A stretch of DNA of 64,000 nucleotides from Desulfovibrio sp. (GTDB lineage Bacteria > Desulfobacterota > Desulfovibrionia > Desulfovibrionales > Desulfovibrionaceae), in the NCBI GenBank assembly GCA_031273845.1, contig JAISRC010000162.1, forward strand, positions 30,765 to 94,764. The letters are read 5' to 3'. The translations under genes and the position numbers were made by a program. Shown piece after piece: positions 47,584 through 56,554 of the stretch. Every line of letters begins with the position of its first letter. Position 1 is the first letter of the stretch. The notes under the pieces were generated by a model. That model saw nothing but the letters and a program-made list of their open reading frames with translations, did not search any database and was not told the DNA's origin.

Positions 47584-48930
47584 ACGGCGCAGATAGACGT
47601 CCCGGCGTTGATCGGAAAATTCCCATGCTTCTTTTTTTCGTTCGGCTTCGCGTTTCGCGTCTTCGCCCGCATCGGCGCAGGCGTCGCAGGCCGAGCGCGG
47701 CACATGGATGCAGGTTGTCCAGCCGCCGTAGTGGGTGCGGCTGCGGATGACGAGCAGTCCGGGGCAGTTGCCGCATGTGCGCAGGCGTTCCTGCTGCTGT
47801 TCATGTATGCTGTCCGTGTCGTAATAAACGTCTCTTTCGCGCGTGAACCAGCCGCCTTCCCTGCGGTAGCCGGAGGATGGGGCGGGGTGTTCGAAGTGTT
47901 CGAGGGTGGAGTCCCGGAGGCGCTTGATATAGGCAAGGCAATCCGGGGACGTTGCGGTAAGGTCTTCACGCCGGGCGGGTTCGATGACGCGGCTGAAGTC
48001 CATGCCCGCCAAGGCCAGGATGACGGCCAGATTGACGTAGGGCAGGGCGCCCTGGATGGAATAGCCGCCTTCGAGCACGGCTATGTCCGGGTTTATGCTC
48101 CGCACCATGCGGGCATACCCCTGCGCGGACAGCCGCATGTCGGTGATCGGGTCCGAGAAATGGTTGTCCTGGCCGGCGGAATTGATGACCAGATCGGGTT
48201 TCCAGGCATCCAGAAGGGGCCGGACAATCTCGTCGGCCGCGTACAGGAAGCCCTCGTCCCCGGTACGCGGCGGCAGGGGAATGTTCACGGTCCGGCCGGC
48301 GGCCGATGGCCCGCCCGCTTCGTGGGGGAAGCCGGTTCCGGGGTACAGGGTCCGTCCGTCCTGATGGATGCTGATGAAGAGCGTGTCCGGGTCATGCCAG
48401 TAGACATCCTGGCTGCCGTCGCCGTGGTGGCAGTCGGTATCCACAATGGCCACGCGTCCGACGCCGAAATCCCTGCGCAGGCGCTCGATCATGATCGCTT
48501 CAATGTTTACCGCGCAGAAGCCGCGTCCCCCCTGCACCACCTTCATGGCATGGTGTCCGGGCGGCCGTGTCAGGGCAAAAGCCTTGGCGCATTTGCCTTC
48601 CAGAACAAGCCGGCCGGCGCTGATCGCGCTGCCTGCCGAGGCGAGATGCGGGGTTTCCGCAACATGCTCAAAACCGGGAGGGCAGAAATGGACGCGGGAA
48701 ACATCGGACATTGCGGCCATTTCCGTGCGGTGTTCGAGTATGCCGGGCACGTCGAAGAGGCCTTCTTCCCGCAGTTGGTCGCGGGTATAGAGCAGGCGTT
48801 CCTCGCGTTCCGGGTGGGTGGGAGAGATGGCCCAGTCGAAGGCCGGGAAAAAGACCAGTCCCAGGCTGTTCGCCGCTTTCGGCCCGCGCGCTGCGCGGGC
48901 GGGCGCGTTTGTGTCCGGTGTCTGCATCAC
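47581..48930 (-). CDS. Histone deacetylase/AcuC-family hydrolase with Cys-rich C-terminal extension
   Basis: HPE, RPPGHHA, GFC, IVDTDCHHGDG, SIHQ, NIPLPP, AGQD and LEGGY. Confidence 0.92.
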   Translation of the reverse strand: MMQTPDTNAPARAARGPKAANSLGLVFFPAFDWAISPTHPEREERLLYTRDQLREEGLFDVPGILEHRTEMAAMSDVSRVHFCPPGFEHVAETPHLASAGSAISAGRLVLEGKCAKAFALTRPPGHHAMKVVQGGRGFCAVNIEAIMIERLRRDFGVGRVAIVDTDCHHGDGSQDVYWHDPDTLFISIHQDGRTLYPGTGFPHEAGGPSAAGRTVNIPLPPRTGDEGFLYAADEIVRPLLDAWKPDLVINSAGQDNHFSDPITDMRLSAQGYARMVRSINPDIAVLEGGYSIQGALPYVNLAVILALAGMDFSRVIEPARREDLTATSPDCLAYIKRLRDSTLEHFEHPAPSSGYRREGGWFTRERDVYYDTDSIHEQQQERLRTCGNCPGLLVIRSRTHYGGWTTCIHVPRSACDACADAGEDAKREAERKKEAWEFSDQRRDVYLRR

Positions 48931-50699
48931 AGGTCACCTCCCAGGTCGAGTCCGGGGGCGTACTGGGAGCGGACGCGCAAGATGCGGCCGCGTCCGCCGG
49001 AGGGGTCGAGCACGGCGAAGGATTCCGCGAATACGGTCTGTACCTGCGGAGCCTCGCCGCTGTATGCCTCTTTTTTGAATGCCCCGGCAAAGGCGGCGGC
49101 CATGTCCTCCGTCGCGTCTTCAAGCCGGTAGGCGGAGGAGACCCGCTTTTCCAGGTCGAAGTCGGGTATGGTCATACGTCCGAGCAGGGTATCGGCGTAG
49201 AGTTCGGCGGCTTTTGTCGGTCTGGCGAGGGCCGCGCCCAAGGCGTTGGCAAAGGGGCTTTCTTCCGGGGCGAGCACAGGCAGACCGAGGGTCTTTTCCA
49301 GTTCCGCGCGCAGGCTTTGGGCCGGGCCGCCGATAAAAATGACGTTTTCCGGCGCCGGTTTTTTTTCAACCAGAAGTTCCCGGATGGTATACACGGGCCG
49401 GGAGCCGACTTCTTCAAGAAGGGCGAGGGTTTCTTCCTTGATGCGCGCCAGGGCGCATTCCAGAAAGATGCCGGCCGGGGCCTCGGGCCGCCCGCCCGCG
49501 ATGCGGGCCGCTGCGGGATCGGAAGCGATCATCTGCGCGAAGGCCGCGCGGGAGATTTCGACGTCGCCCAAAGCTGTATAGCCGAGGGTGTTCAGGGCGT
49601 CGGTCAGGGTCGGCGGCCGGGAAAAGCGTCCGTCTTCGCCCCGTTCTTCCGGGTGCAGGGAGAGGGCGGGACCGGAACGGTCGGGTCCCACGCGCGGGGT
49701 TTCCCCGTCCATACGCAGGGACGAGTCCCCGCCCAAGGCGATGGATTTTGTCCAAAGCGTGCGGATCAGCGTCGGCCTGCCGTTCACGTTCAGGCCGGTA
49801 TCCGAGAGCAACGGCTGCCCGCCGGCCAGCAGGGCGATGTCCGTGCTGGTGCCGCCCATGTCGAGCATGATTTTGTCCGTAAGCGCAGCCGACCGGGTCG
49901 CGGACCCCGCGCCGCTCCATTCGGCCATGGCCAGCACGCCGAGAAGCCCGGCCGCCGGGCCGGAACCCATGGTGCTTGCCGGGTCGCGCGCGGCCGCGGC
50001 GGAGGAAAAAGAACCCGCGTCCGCCTTGAGCACCTGTATGGGACAGGAAAGGCCCAGCTTGCGCGCCGCGCTATGCAGGGCCTGCACGAATTCGCGGCTT
50101 GCCGTGTGCAGGGCGGCATTGCACCAGGCCGTGTGCATGCGCCGGGGAAAATTGAGGCTGCCGCCGCTTTCCGAACCGAGAACAACGGGAACCTCCGGGC
50201 CGAAGACCTTGCGCGCTTCTTCCGCCAGCCTTTTTTCCAACTCCGGGTTTTTGGGACTGAATTTGCAGACAACGGCCACAGCCCGCGCCCCGAGTTTTTT
50301 CAGGGAGAGCAGGGCGTCCTTCACGGCGCGGGGGTCCGGTTCGGCGGTCACGCGCCCCCTGTGGTCCTGCGCCCCCGGCAGGATGCGGAACAGGGGGTCC
50401 GGCCCCCAGAACAGGCCGGGGTCTATGCCCGGTCCGGGCAAGGCCAGCACGCCCACGGGTTCCGTGTTGCCGGTAAGCAGGGCGTTCAGTCCGAGTGTAC
50501 TGGATACGGTCAGGCGGCGCACTTTGCCGGGGTCGGCCTCCCGGCCGCCGAAAAGTTTTTCCAGCGCTTCAATTATGCCCGGAAGTACGGAACCGGAGCG
50601 GGTAGGGGCTTTGACCGCGGCGATGCGCAGGCATTTGCCGGGGTCCAGAAGTACGGCATCGGTATAGGTGCCTCCCACGTCAAGTCCTGCAAGCATCAT
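48927..50699 (-). CDS. Hydantoinase/oxoprolinase (subunit A-like) family protein
   Basis: GLDVGGTYTD, TMGSGPAA, LDMGGTSTDI, SIALGGDS and PTLTDA. Confidence 0.88.
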   Translation of the reverse strand: MMLAGLDVGGTYTDAVLLDPGKCLRIAAVKAPTRSGSVLPGIIEALEKLFGGREADPGKVRRLTVSSTLGLNALLTGNTEPVGVLALPGPGIDPGLFWGPDPLFRILPGAQDHRGRVTAEPDPRAVKDALLSLKKLGARAVAVVCKFSPKNPELEKRLAEEARKVFGPEVPVVLGSESGGSLNFPRRMHTAWCNAALHTASREFVQALHSAARKLGLSCPIQVLKADAGSFSSAAAARDPASTMGSGPAAGLLGVLAMAEWSGAGSATRSAALTDKIMLDMGGTSTDIALLAGGQPLLSDTGLNVNGRPTLIRTLWTKSIALGGDSSLRMDGETPRVGPDRSGPALSLHPEERGEDGRFSRPPTLTDALNTLGYTALGDVEISRAAFAQMIASDPAAARIAGGRPEAPAGIFLECALARIKEETLALLEEVGSRPVYTIRELLVEKKPAPENVIFIGGPAQSLRAELEKTLGLPVLAPEESPFANALGAALARPTKAAELYADTLLGRMTIPDFDLEKRVSSAYRLEDATEDMAAAFAGAFKKEAYSGEAPQVQTVFAESFAVLDPSGGRGRILRVRSQYAPGLDLGGDL

Positions 50700-51778
50700 T
50701 GCACCGTTATTTCAACCATGTTGCCGCGCCGCTCCACCCTGTGGTTTTTCAAGGGAGAGCTCAAATCCAGCACTAGCCTCGGGCCGGCGCTTTGCAGCCC
50801 GATGCGTACTTTCCTGATAATACGGTTGCCGGGCACGGTCGGTGCTTTCATGCCCTTCCAGGTACCCGGCAGATCAATGACCAGCCTGTCCGGTTCGCTC
50901 AGGGCGAAGGTTTTGCAGGGAAAATCGTTGTCGGCTTCTATCAGCAGGCGCATATCGTTGCCGTCAAAGGTCAGACTTATGTTTTTCAGGGTGTGCGCGC
51001 CCCTGTCGGAGGGCAGGGCGGGCGTCCGCGCGGGCGCGGTTGCCGGGCGCGGCGTTTCCGGAGCGGCGTTTTGCCGCGCTGTTTCCCCCGCCGGGGCTTG
51101 TCTTTCCGACGTGTTTGCCCGGCCTTGGGCTGCGGGCGGGGCGGAAGGACGCCGGCTTTCCGGGGTCTGCGCCGTGCCGGATGCGGAGTCGGGGGACGCG
51201 CCGGCGGCGTTCAGAGATGCCTGGGCCGTGACTGCCGGGCCGGGGCGTCCGGGTGCGGCGTCAGCCGTCGGGCTGCCGTTTGTCCGGGCCGCCTGATTCG
51301 CTTGAGGCGGATTTTCCCAGGGAGTCAGCCCGGGAGGACCGCCCGGCGGCCGGGCCGCATCCTGTCCGGCCGCATCCTGCCGGGCCGGCGCTTCGCCTGC
51401 GGGCGACTGTCGGGTCGGCGGCGCGGCGTGATTTTCGTCCGTCCGTCCGCGTGTATCGCTCCGGAAACCGGACGGGGCCGGCGTGCCGGTCGGAGCGTCG
51501 GAACCGGCAGTCAGTCGCACCGCCCTGGGCGCGCCTGCCGGGGTAGGGTCGGGGGGGGGGTTCAGCGAGGACAGGGGGGGGTCTATGCGGATCAGGTCGC
51601 TGACCGAAGTTCCTGCTCCGGTTCCGCCGGCGCTTTTTTTGTCGGCGGACGCGCCGCCCGTGTTTCCGCTTTTCCCGGTCGCGGCGAGGTCGTTTTTATT
51701 GTTTATATGAGAGAACAAAACCATGCCCATGGCGCCGAGAATCACGAGCGTGAGCAGGATGGTTATGCCTTTGTTCAT
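50696..51778 (-). CDS. Membrane-anchored AMIN-domain protein
   Basis: N-terminal TM, Pro/Ala-rich linker and C-terminal FALSEPDRLVIDLPG...RLVLDL AMIN motif. Confidence 0.8.
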   Translation of the reverse strand: MNKGITILLTLVILGAMGMVLFSHINNKNDLAATGKSGNTGGASADKKSAGGTGAGTSVSDLIRIDPPLSSLNPPPDPTPAGAPRAVRLTAGSDAPTGTPAPSGFRSDTRGRTDENHAAPPTRQSPAGEAPARQDAAGQDAARPPGGPPGLTPWENPPQANQAARTNGSPTADAAPGRPGPAVTAQASLNAAGASPDSASGTAQTPESRRPSAPPAAQGRANTSERQAPAGETARQNAAPETPRPATAPARTPALPSDRGAHTLKNISLTFDGNDMRLLIEADNDFPCKTFALSEPDRLVIDLPGTWKGMKAPTVPGNRIIRKVRIGLQSAGPRLVLDLSSPLKNHRVERRGNMVEITVQ

Positions 51779-51826
51779 CGCAAAAATCTTCGTTTTTGAA
51801 TTTTTTGCCCGCTTTCTGCGGACGCG

Positions 51827-53092
51827 TCAGCTTTGTCGGCCGGCATCGCGCAGAAAAGTGAGAAAATGCGCCGCCGCCGTGAATCCGGGGTTGACCTGCA
51901 GGGCTTTATCAAGTCTTTCCACGGCTCTGTCTACCCGGCCCAATTCATATTCCGTCCTGGCGACGTTGAAAAGCACATTTTCGTCATTGGGCGCCAGATT
52001 GAGGGCGCGCATGTGGCTTAAAAGGGCCAGCTTGCATTTGTTCTTGCGTCGCAGGGCCAGACCGAATTCCGTGAACATGAATTTTTGTTTCCTGCCGAAA
52101 AAAGGAGCGTCGCGCGCAATCAGGCCGGCCATGGCGCTTTCCAGGGGAATATCCGACGCATCCTCGGGCATGCTTTCCATGAGCAGTGTGAATTCCTCGC
52201 GCATGGCCTGTTCCGCATACCGGGCTTGTATTTCCTTGGCGTCGGGCAGGCGGGATACCCCGGCCGCCTGTTGCGGGGCATCATAGGGGGATGCTTGAAA
52301 GCGCGCGTTTTCGGCGCCGGGGGCAGCCGCGGTCCGGCCCGCTCCCGCATTGTATGCGGCGGGGACGGGCGGTTGTCTGTTGCCGGCCCGCGCATCGGCG
52401 AGGCGCTGGTATTCTTCATGCCAGATCAGGAGCAGATCCGGGGCATCGGCCCTGAGTCTGCGTTTTCCGTCAATCGGTGAAATGATTGCGCCGCTCCGCA
52501 TTGCGGGTTGCTGCAGGGAGGGGGAAAGCGGATATCCCGGCGATGCGCCTTGCGGGTAGCGGGTCTCTTGCGGGGCGGGCGCGATGAGCGGCGTATACGA
52601 CGACACGTCCGACGTCCGCCGCGTGTAGGCCGGCATGTCCGGCGTCATCGCCGCGTAAGGCGGCGGGTCCGGCGTCACCGGCGCGTCCGGTGTCCGCTGT
52701 GTGTACGTTGATGCGTCCGGAATCTGCGCTGTATGCGGCGATGCGTCCGTGCCTTGCAACGTGAGCGGCGATGCGTCCGGAGGACTGTCCGGTTCGAGGG
52801 CCGGGCCGGGGTGCTCCGTCCGGACCGTGCTCGCCGTGTTCCCGTCTGGTGGAGTATCCTGCAACGATTTGAGTAAATTGGAAAAATCAGAAACGGGCAA
52901 GGTGTATAAATGTCCTTTGGGCGTATAATCGACGTCAAGGGGTTGCACCATCACCATGCCGTCGCCGAGTGCCCAGGCCTGCCAGAGTCCGCTGTCGTTT
53001 TGGGCCGGCATTGCCGACATGGCGTTGATGTCGCGGACCACGAAGGTACCGAGCGAAGAAGCGCTTCCCACGTCTATCTCCTTGGAGAGCAA
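51827..53092 (-). CDS. TPR-containing protein with Pro-rich repeat linker
   Basis: C-terminal FTEFGLALRR...HMRALNLAPNDENVLFNVAR...ALQVNPGF TPRs. Start uncertain. Confidence 0.72.
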   Translation of the reverse strand: MLSKEIDVGSASSLGTFVVRDINAMSAMPAQNDSGLWQAWALGDGMVMVQPLDVDYTPKGHLYTLPVSDFSNLLKSLQDTPPDGNTASTVRTEHPGPALEPDSPPDASPLTLQGTDASPHTAQIPDASTYTQRTPDAPVTPDPPPYAAMTPDMPAYTRRTSDVSSYTPLIAPAPQETRYPQGASPGYPLSPSLQQPAMRSGAIISPIDGKRRLRADAPDLLLIWHEEYQRLADARAGNRQPPVPAAYNAGAGRTAAAPGAENARFQASPYDAPQQAAGVSRLPDAKEIQARYAEQAMREEFTLLMESMPEDASDIPLESAMAGLIARDAPFFGRKQKFMFTEFGLALRRKNKCKLALLSHMRALNLAPNDENVLFNVARTEYELGRVDRAVERLDKALQVNPGFTAAAHFLTFLRDAGRQS

Positions 53093-53249
53093 TGCAGGAT
53101 GTACTTTGTTCTTTATATCATTTTTTTCCGGATTGCAAAGAGAAGCGTGTCAGGTGTTTTATGCCCGCTCGGAGAAAAAAAACTTGACAAATTACACACG
53201 GATGTGTAGCTTGAAACGGCATGATCAAGGGGAACCGGGAGCGGGAGCC

Positions 53250-53483
53250 GTGCCGGCAAGAGAAGTTGTACAGCGATTGCGTGGACGTCAGCCGCGCCGA
53301 TGACTTTGACGGCGCGGGCGAGACAGCACGAGAAGTTGTACAACGGTTGCGTGAGGACGGACGGTATGGGTTTTAAAACCGGGAAAGGTCACGGTTTCCA
53401 TGCATCGCGGCGGTCTTCCTCTGTTTACGCTGAAGAAAATATCAGGGCAGTTAGGACTGAAATTGTCGCAGGAGGCACCATGA
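53250..53483 (+). pseudogene. hicA: Degraded hicA toxin gene
   Basis: Frame 1 from 53323 reads TAREVVQRLREDGRYGF*. Frame 3 from 53376 reads KPGKVTVSMHRGGLPLFTLKKISGQLGLKL...*, with its TGA overlapping the hicB ATG. The central GSH segment is missing. A second copy of the 5' end starts at 53250 (VPAREVVQRLR). Confidence 0.78.
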
Positions 53484-53896
53484 GAGCATATTACGCTGTT
53501 TTTGTTCCCGATCCGGATGACGGAAAAGTTTCTGTCCGCTTTCCTGATGTTCCCGGCTGTGTAACTTGGGGGAAAACGATGGAAGAGGCGTTTTCGCAGG
53601 CAATGGAGGCTCTGAAGGGGCATCTGGAAGCCCTTGCCGATATTCCCGCGCCGTCGTCGCGCGCGGCGGCATGGGATGCGGCGTTGCGCGACTTTGCCGC
53701 GGACGGAGCGACATCGCCGGAAGGTACCGTGCTGCAGCTTGTTCCCTCCCCGGATGTTGCGGAAAAATCCGCCCGCGTCAATGTGTCGTTCAAAAAATCG
53801 GTTCTTTTCATGATCGACGGCAAGGCGGAAGCGGCGGGCATGACCCGGTCGGGTTTTTTGGCCAGGGCGGCGGAGGCTTATCCGGGGCAGGAGTAG
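53480..53896 (+). CDS. hicB: HicB-family antitoxin with C-terminal RHH domain
   Basis: YYAVFVPD...VRFPDVPGCVTWGKTMEEAFSQAMEAL...RVNVSF...IDGKAEAAGMTRSGFLARAA, with RBS GGAGG. Confidence 0.9.
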   Translation: MRAYYAVFVPDPDDGKVSVRFPDVPGCVTWGKTMEEAFSQAMEALKGHLEALADIPAPSSRAAAWDAALRDFAADGATSPEGTVLQLVPSPDVAEKSARVNVSFKKSVLFMIDGKAEAAGMTRSGFLARAAEAYPGQE

Positions 53897-53921
53897 AAAT
53901 TTTTTCCGTAGTATTTCAAAA

Positions 53922-53980
53922 GAAACGCTGAGTCATTTCTCTGAGGGGGTTCTGTCCCCTCAGACGCCCCTGCCGGGGGA
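53922..53980 (-). mobile_element. Inverted fragment of the family-B MITE right end
   Basis: gaaacgctgagtcatttctctgagggggttctgtcccctcagacgcccctgccggggg is similar to the reverse complement of about 15371-15428. Confidence 0.65.
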
Positions 53981-54055
53981 GTTTCCCATAATCCGCCGTG
54001 CCCTGTCGTTCCGAGGCGCAGCCGAAGGGCCTGTAAGCATTGCCGCACAGCCCAT

Positions 54056-54146
54056 TGTCATTCTGAGCCGAAGGCGAAGAATCCATCTTGGTGCCTTGAA
54101 AAAACAAAACACCGAAGATAGACTCTTCGCTACGCTCAGAATGACA
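54056..54146. repeat. TGTC-tagged REP-like long hairpin
   Basis: Perfect 13-bp arms TGTCATTCTGAGC / GCTCAGAATGACA and inner arms GCGAAGAATC / GACTCTTCGC. Confidence 0.8.
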
Positions 54147-54164
54147 AGAAACGCGGCGGATTAT

Positions 54165-54189
54165 GGTCTCAAAATCAAATTGCTTTAAG
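54165..54189 (-). repeat. Solo family-A end
   Basis: gtctcaaaatcaaattgctttaa is the reverse complement of the family-A left end. Confidence 0.7.
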
Positions 54190-54203
54190 GCATGGATTGA
54201 ATT

Positions 54204-54563
54204 ATGCATGAAATTTCGCTGGTCGCGTCCCTTTTGGAGATCATGCGTGATGAAATGGGCAAATACAGCGCGGGCACGCGCCTGTCCTCGGTGATTGTGC
54301 GTTGCGGCGCTTTGTCCAATGCCTTGCCCGAGGCTTTAAGCACGGCTTTCACGGTCATGACTCAGGATACGGAATTCGCCGGCGTGGATCTGGAGATTGA
54401 AGAAGATGCGTTGCGCCTTGCCTGCGGCGCATGCGGGGAAGAGTTTACGCCGGAAGATTTTCCGGTTTCGTCCCTTGCCCCGTGCCCGCGCTGCGGGGAA
54501 GAACTCGCGCACAGGGTGCTTGCCGGTAGGGAACTCTATGTGCGGCGCCTGACTATTATATAA
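54204..54563 (+). CDS. hypA: Hydrogenase maturation nickel metallochaperone
   Basis: MHEISL and two CxxC motifs (CGAC, CPRC), then GRELY. Confidence 0.94.
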   Translation: MHEISLVASLLEIMRDEMGKYSAGTRLSSVIVRCGALSNALPEALSTAFTVMTQDTEFAGVDLEIEEDALRLACGACGEEFTPEDFPVSSLAPCPRCGEELAHRVLAGRELYVRRLTII

Positions 54564-54733
54564 TTGCGAAAATAACAATATGATTTTTATGGTTATTTTT
54601 GCAGGATTGCCGGCCGAAAAATATGATTTTCAGCCGACTCACGCCGCTCCGCAACGCAAAACCTTTCCGGTTTTGTAACGTCTGTTTTTGCAGGCATGCG
54701 CTGTACAACCCTGATCCGGCACGGAGAGAAAGC

Positions 54734-55408
54734 ATGGAAAAACCTGTCGTCCGCAGCCTGCTGGAAGCCAACGACGCCGGAGCGGCGGAACTGCGTGCGC
54801 TCTTTGCGGAGCGCGGGATCGCCGTCCTCAATTTTATAGGGTCTCCGGGCGCGGGGAAAACAGCATTGCTGGAGAAGACCTTTCGGGACCTCGGCGGGGA
54901 ATTTTCCATGGCCGTCATAGAGGGTGACCCGCAAACCGACAATGACGCCCGGCGTATAGCCGCGGCCGGAGGCAGGGCCGTGCAGGTCAACACCGGGGGA
55001 GGCTGCCACCTGGACGCCGCGCTGGTGCGCAGGGCTCTGGGCGGACTGGACCTCAAGGGCCTTGACCTGCTGTTCATCGAGAATGTCGGCAACTTGGTTT
55101 GTCCTGTGGAATTCGACTGCGGGGAAGACTGCAAGGTCGCTCTGCTCAGCGTGACGGAAGGCGACGACAAACCGGAGAAATATCCCCTGCTTTTCAATCT
55201 CGCCTCCGTTATGGTTCTGAACAAGATTGATCTGCTCCCCCATGTGGACTTCAGCCTGGAGCGGGCGGAGCGTTTTGCCCGGCGGCTCAACGGGGAACTT
55301 GCGGTCCTGCCCCTGTCCTGCCGCAACGGCGAGGGGCTTGACGGCTGGTACGACTTTCTGCGCCGGGTCCGGGCGAAGAAGGCGGAACGCGCGGCGGTAG
55401 GACGGTGA
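54734..55408 (+). CDS. hypB: Hydrogenase nickel incorporation GTPase
   Basis: GSPGAGKT, IEGD, NTGGGCHL, ENVGNLVCP, EGDDKPEKYP and NKID. Start at ATG 54734. Confidence 0.96.
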   Translation: MEKPVVRSLLEANDAGAAELRALFAERGIAVLNFIGSPGAGKTALLEKTFRDLGGEFSMAVIEGDPQTDNDARRIAAAGGRAVQVNTGGGCHLDAALVRRALGGLDLKGLDLLFIENVGNLVCPVEFDCGEDCKVALLSVTEGDDKPEKYPLLFNLASVMVLNKIDLLPHVDFSLERAERFARRLNGELAVLPLSCRNGEGLDGWYDFLRRVRAKKAERAAVGR

Positions 55409-55417
55409 TCGCGGTTT

Positions 55418-55637
55418 TAGGGAAACGCTGATTTAATCGCGGCGCTGCCCCGAACCCCGCCGGGGGAAATTACTACAGGATTTTGTCCGCCTTCACTTTG
55501 TTCAGGACGGATAGGTCCCGGACCCCCTCAAATATAACCTGCTGAAATATTTATTGGGGGTGCAGGGGCATCATGCCCCTGCCAAGGGAGTTTGAGGGGA
55601 CGGAGCCTCCTCAAAGAAATAAATCAGCGTTTCCCTA
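55418..55637. mobile_element. Family-B MITE (220 bp, perfect 18-bp TIRs)
   Basis: TAGGGAAACGCTGATTTA ... TAAATCAGCGTTTCCCTA. No coding capacity for a transposase. Confidence 0.88.
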
Positions 55638-55731
55638 GATTTCCGCGTGGAAATCTGCATGTCGGCCGACGCGCCGCGAAAAATTTACTTTTCAATGCAT
55701 ATATCGGTAAAAGTTCGAACAGAGGAATGCC

Positions 55732-56340
55732 GTGCACAGTTCGAAAGAAATGCCCGCATGCGAGGACAGGACGCTGTTCGAATCCACCGTGGGCGCCGTC
55801 CGTCCCCTGCGCGGCAAAGGCCGGGCCATTCCGGTGCCGCCTGTGCGCGCAAGGCATTTGTCTGTGCCGGACAAAACTCTGGAAGCGATGCCCGCCGACG
55901 GCCTTGAATTCGCGTTGCATCACACGGATGAATATTTCGAAGGCCATGTGCCGGGCCTTGATCCCGTGATCATGGCCCGGCTGCGCGCCGGACGCTACAG
56001 CCTGGAAAAGCATCTGGATATGCACGGCATGAATGCCCGCCAAGCTTGCGACGCCTTGCACGCCTTTATCAAGGACGCCTATATGCACAGCCTGCGCTGC
56101 GTTGTGGTGGTGACAGGGAGAGGAAGAAATTCCCCCGGCGGCATCGGCATTTTGCGCCGGCTCGTGCAGAGTTGGCTCTGCCGCGCGCCCCTCAAGCGGG
56201 TGGTCCTGGCCTTTTGCACGGCCGGGGTGAACAACGGCGGCGCGGGAGCGGTCTATGTGCTGTTGCGCAGGCACAAGAAAAGCAGGGGCAAGATTGTGTG
56301 GGAGCGCGTTCCTTTTGATGAGGACTTTCAGGCATTTTAA
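55732..56340 (+). CDS. Smr/MutS2-domain protein
   Basis: LDMHGM...CVVVVTGRGRNSPGG.GILR...GGAGAVYVLLR. Confidence 0.9.
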   Translation: MHSSKEMPACEDRTLFESTVGAVRPLRGKGRAIPVPPVRARHLSVPDKTLEAMPADGLEFALHHTDEYFEGHVPGLDPVIMARLRAGRYSLEKHLDMHGMNARQACDALHAFIKDAYMHSLRCVVVVTGRGRNSPGGIGILRRLVQSWLCRAPLKRVVLAFCTAGVNNGGAGAVYVLLRRHKKSRGKIVWERVPFDEDFQAF

Positions 56341-56374
56341 AAATGATGTAAGACTTCAGGCGGGCTTTGTCCGC

Positions 56375-56506
56375 CTAAGGCAATTTAATTTTGAGACGCT
56401 TCCTCCGGCGTTTAACGGCGAAAGCAAGTTTCGCCTACGCCTGCGGGGCGGGCGGCGGCGCTTCGCGCCTACGCCGCCTGAGCATTGTCAACTTTGAAAT
56501 GCCCTA
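56375..56506 (+). mobile_element. Family-A MITE-like repeat (full copy)
   Basis: ctaaggcaatttaattttgagacg...tttaacggcgaaagcaagtttcgcctacgcctgcggggcggg...gagcattgtcaactttgaaatgcccta. Confidence 0.85.
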
Positions 56507-56554
56507 AGCAACTATTTCAAGCGTAACATGCTGTAATGATGACCGGGAGCCTTG

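Noticed and set aside
53300-53479. N-terminal extension of HicB in the ORF track
   Set aside because: This is out-of-frame hicA remnant sequence; hicB has its own GGAGG RBS and ATG at 53480.
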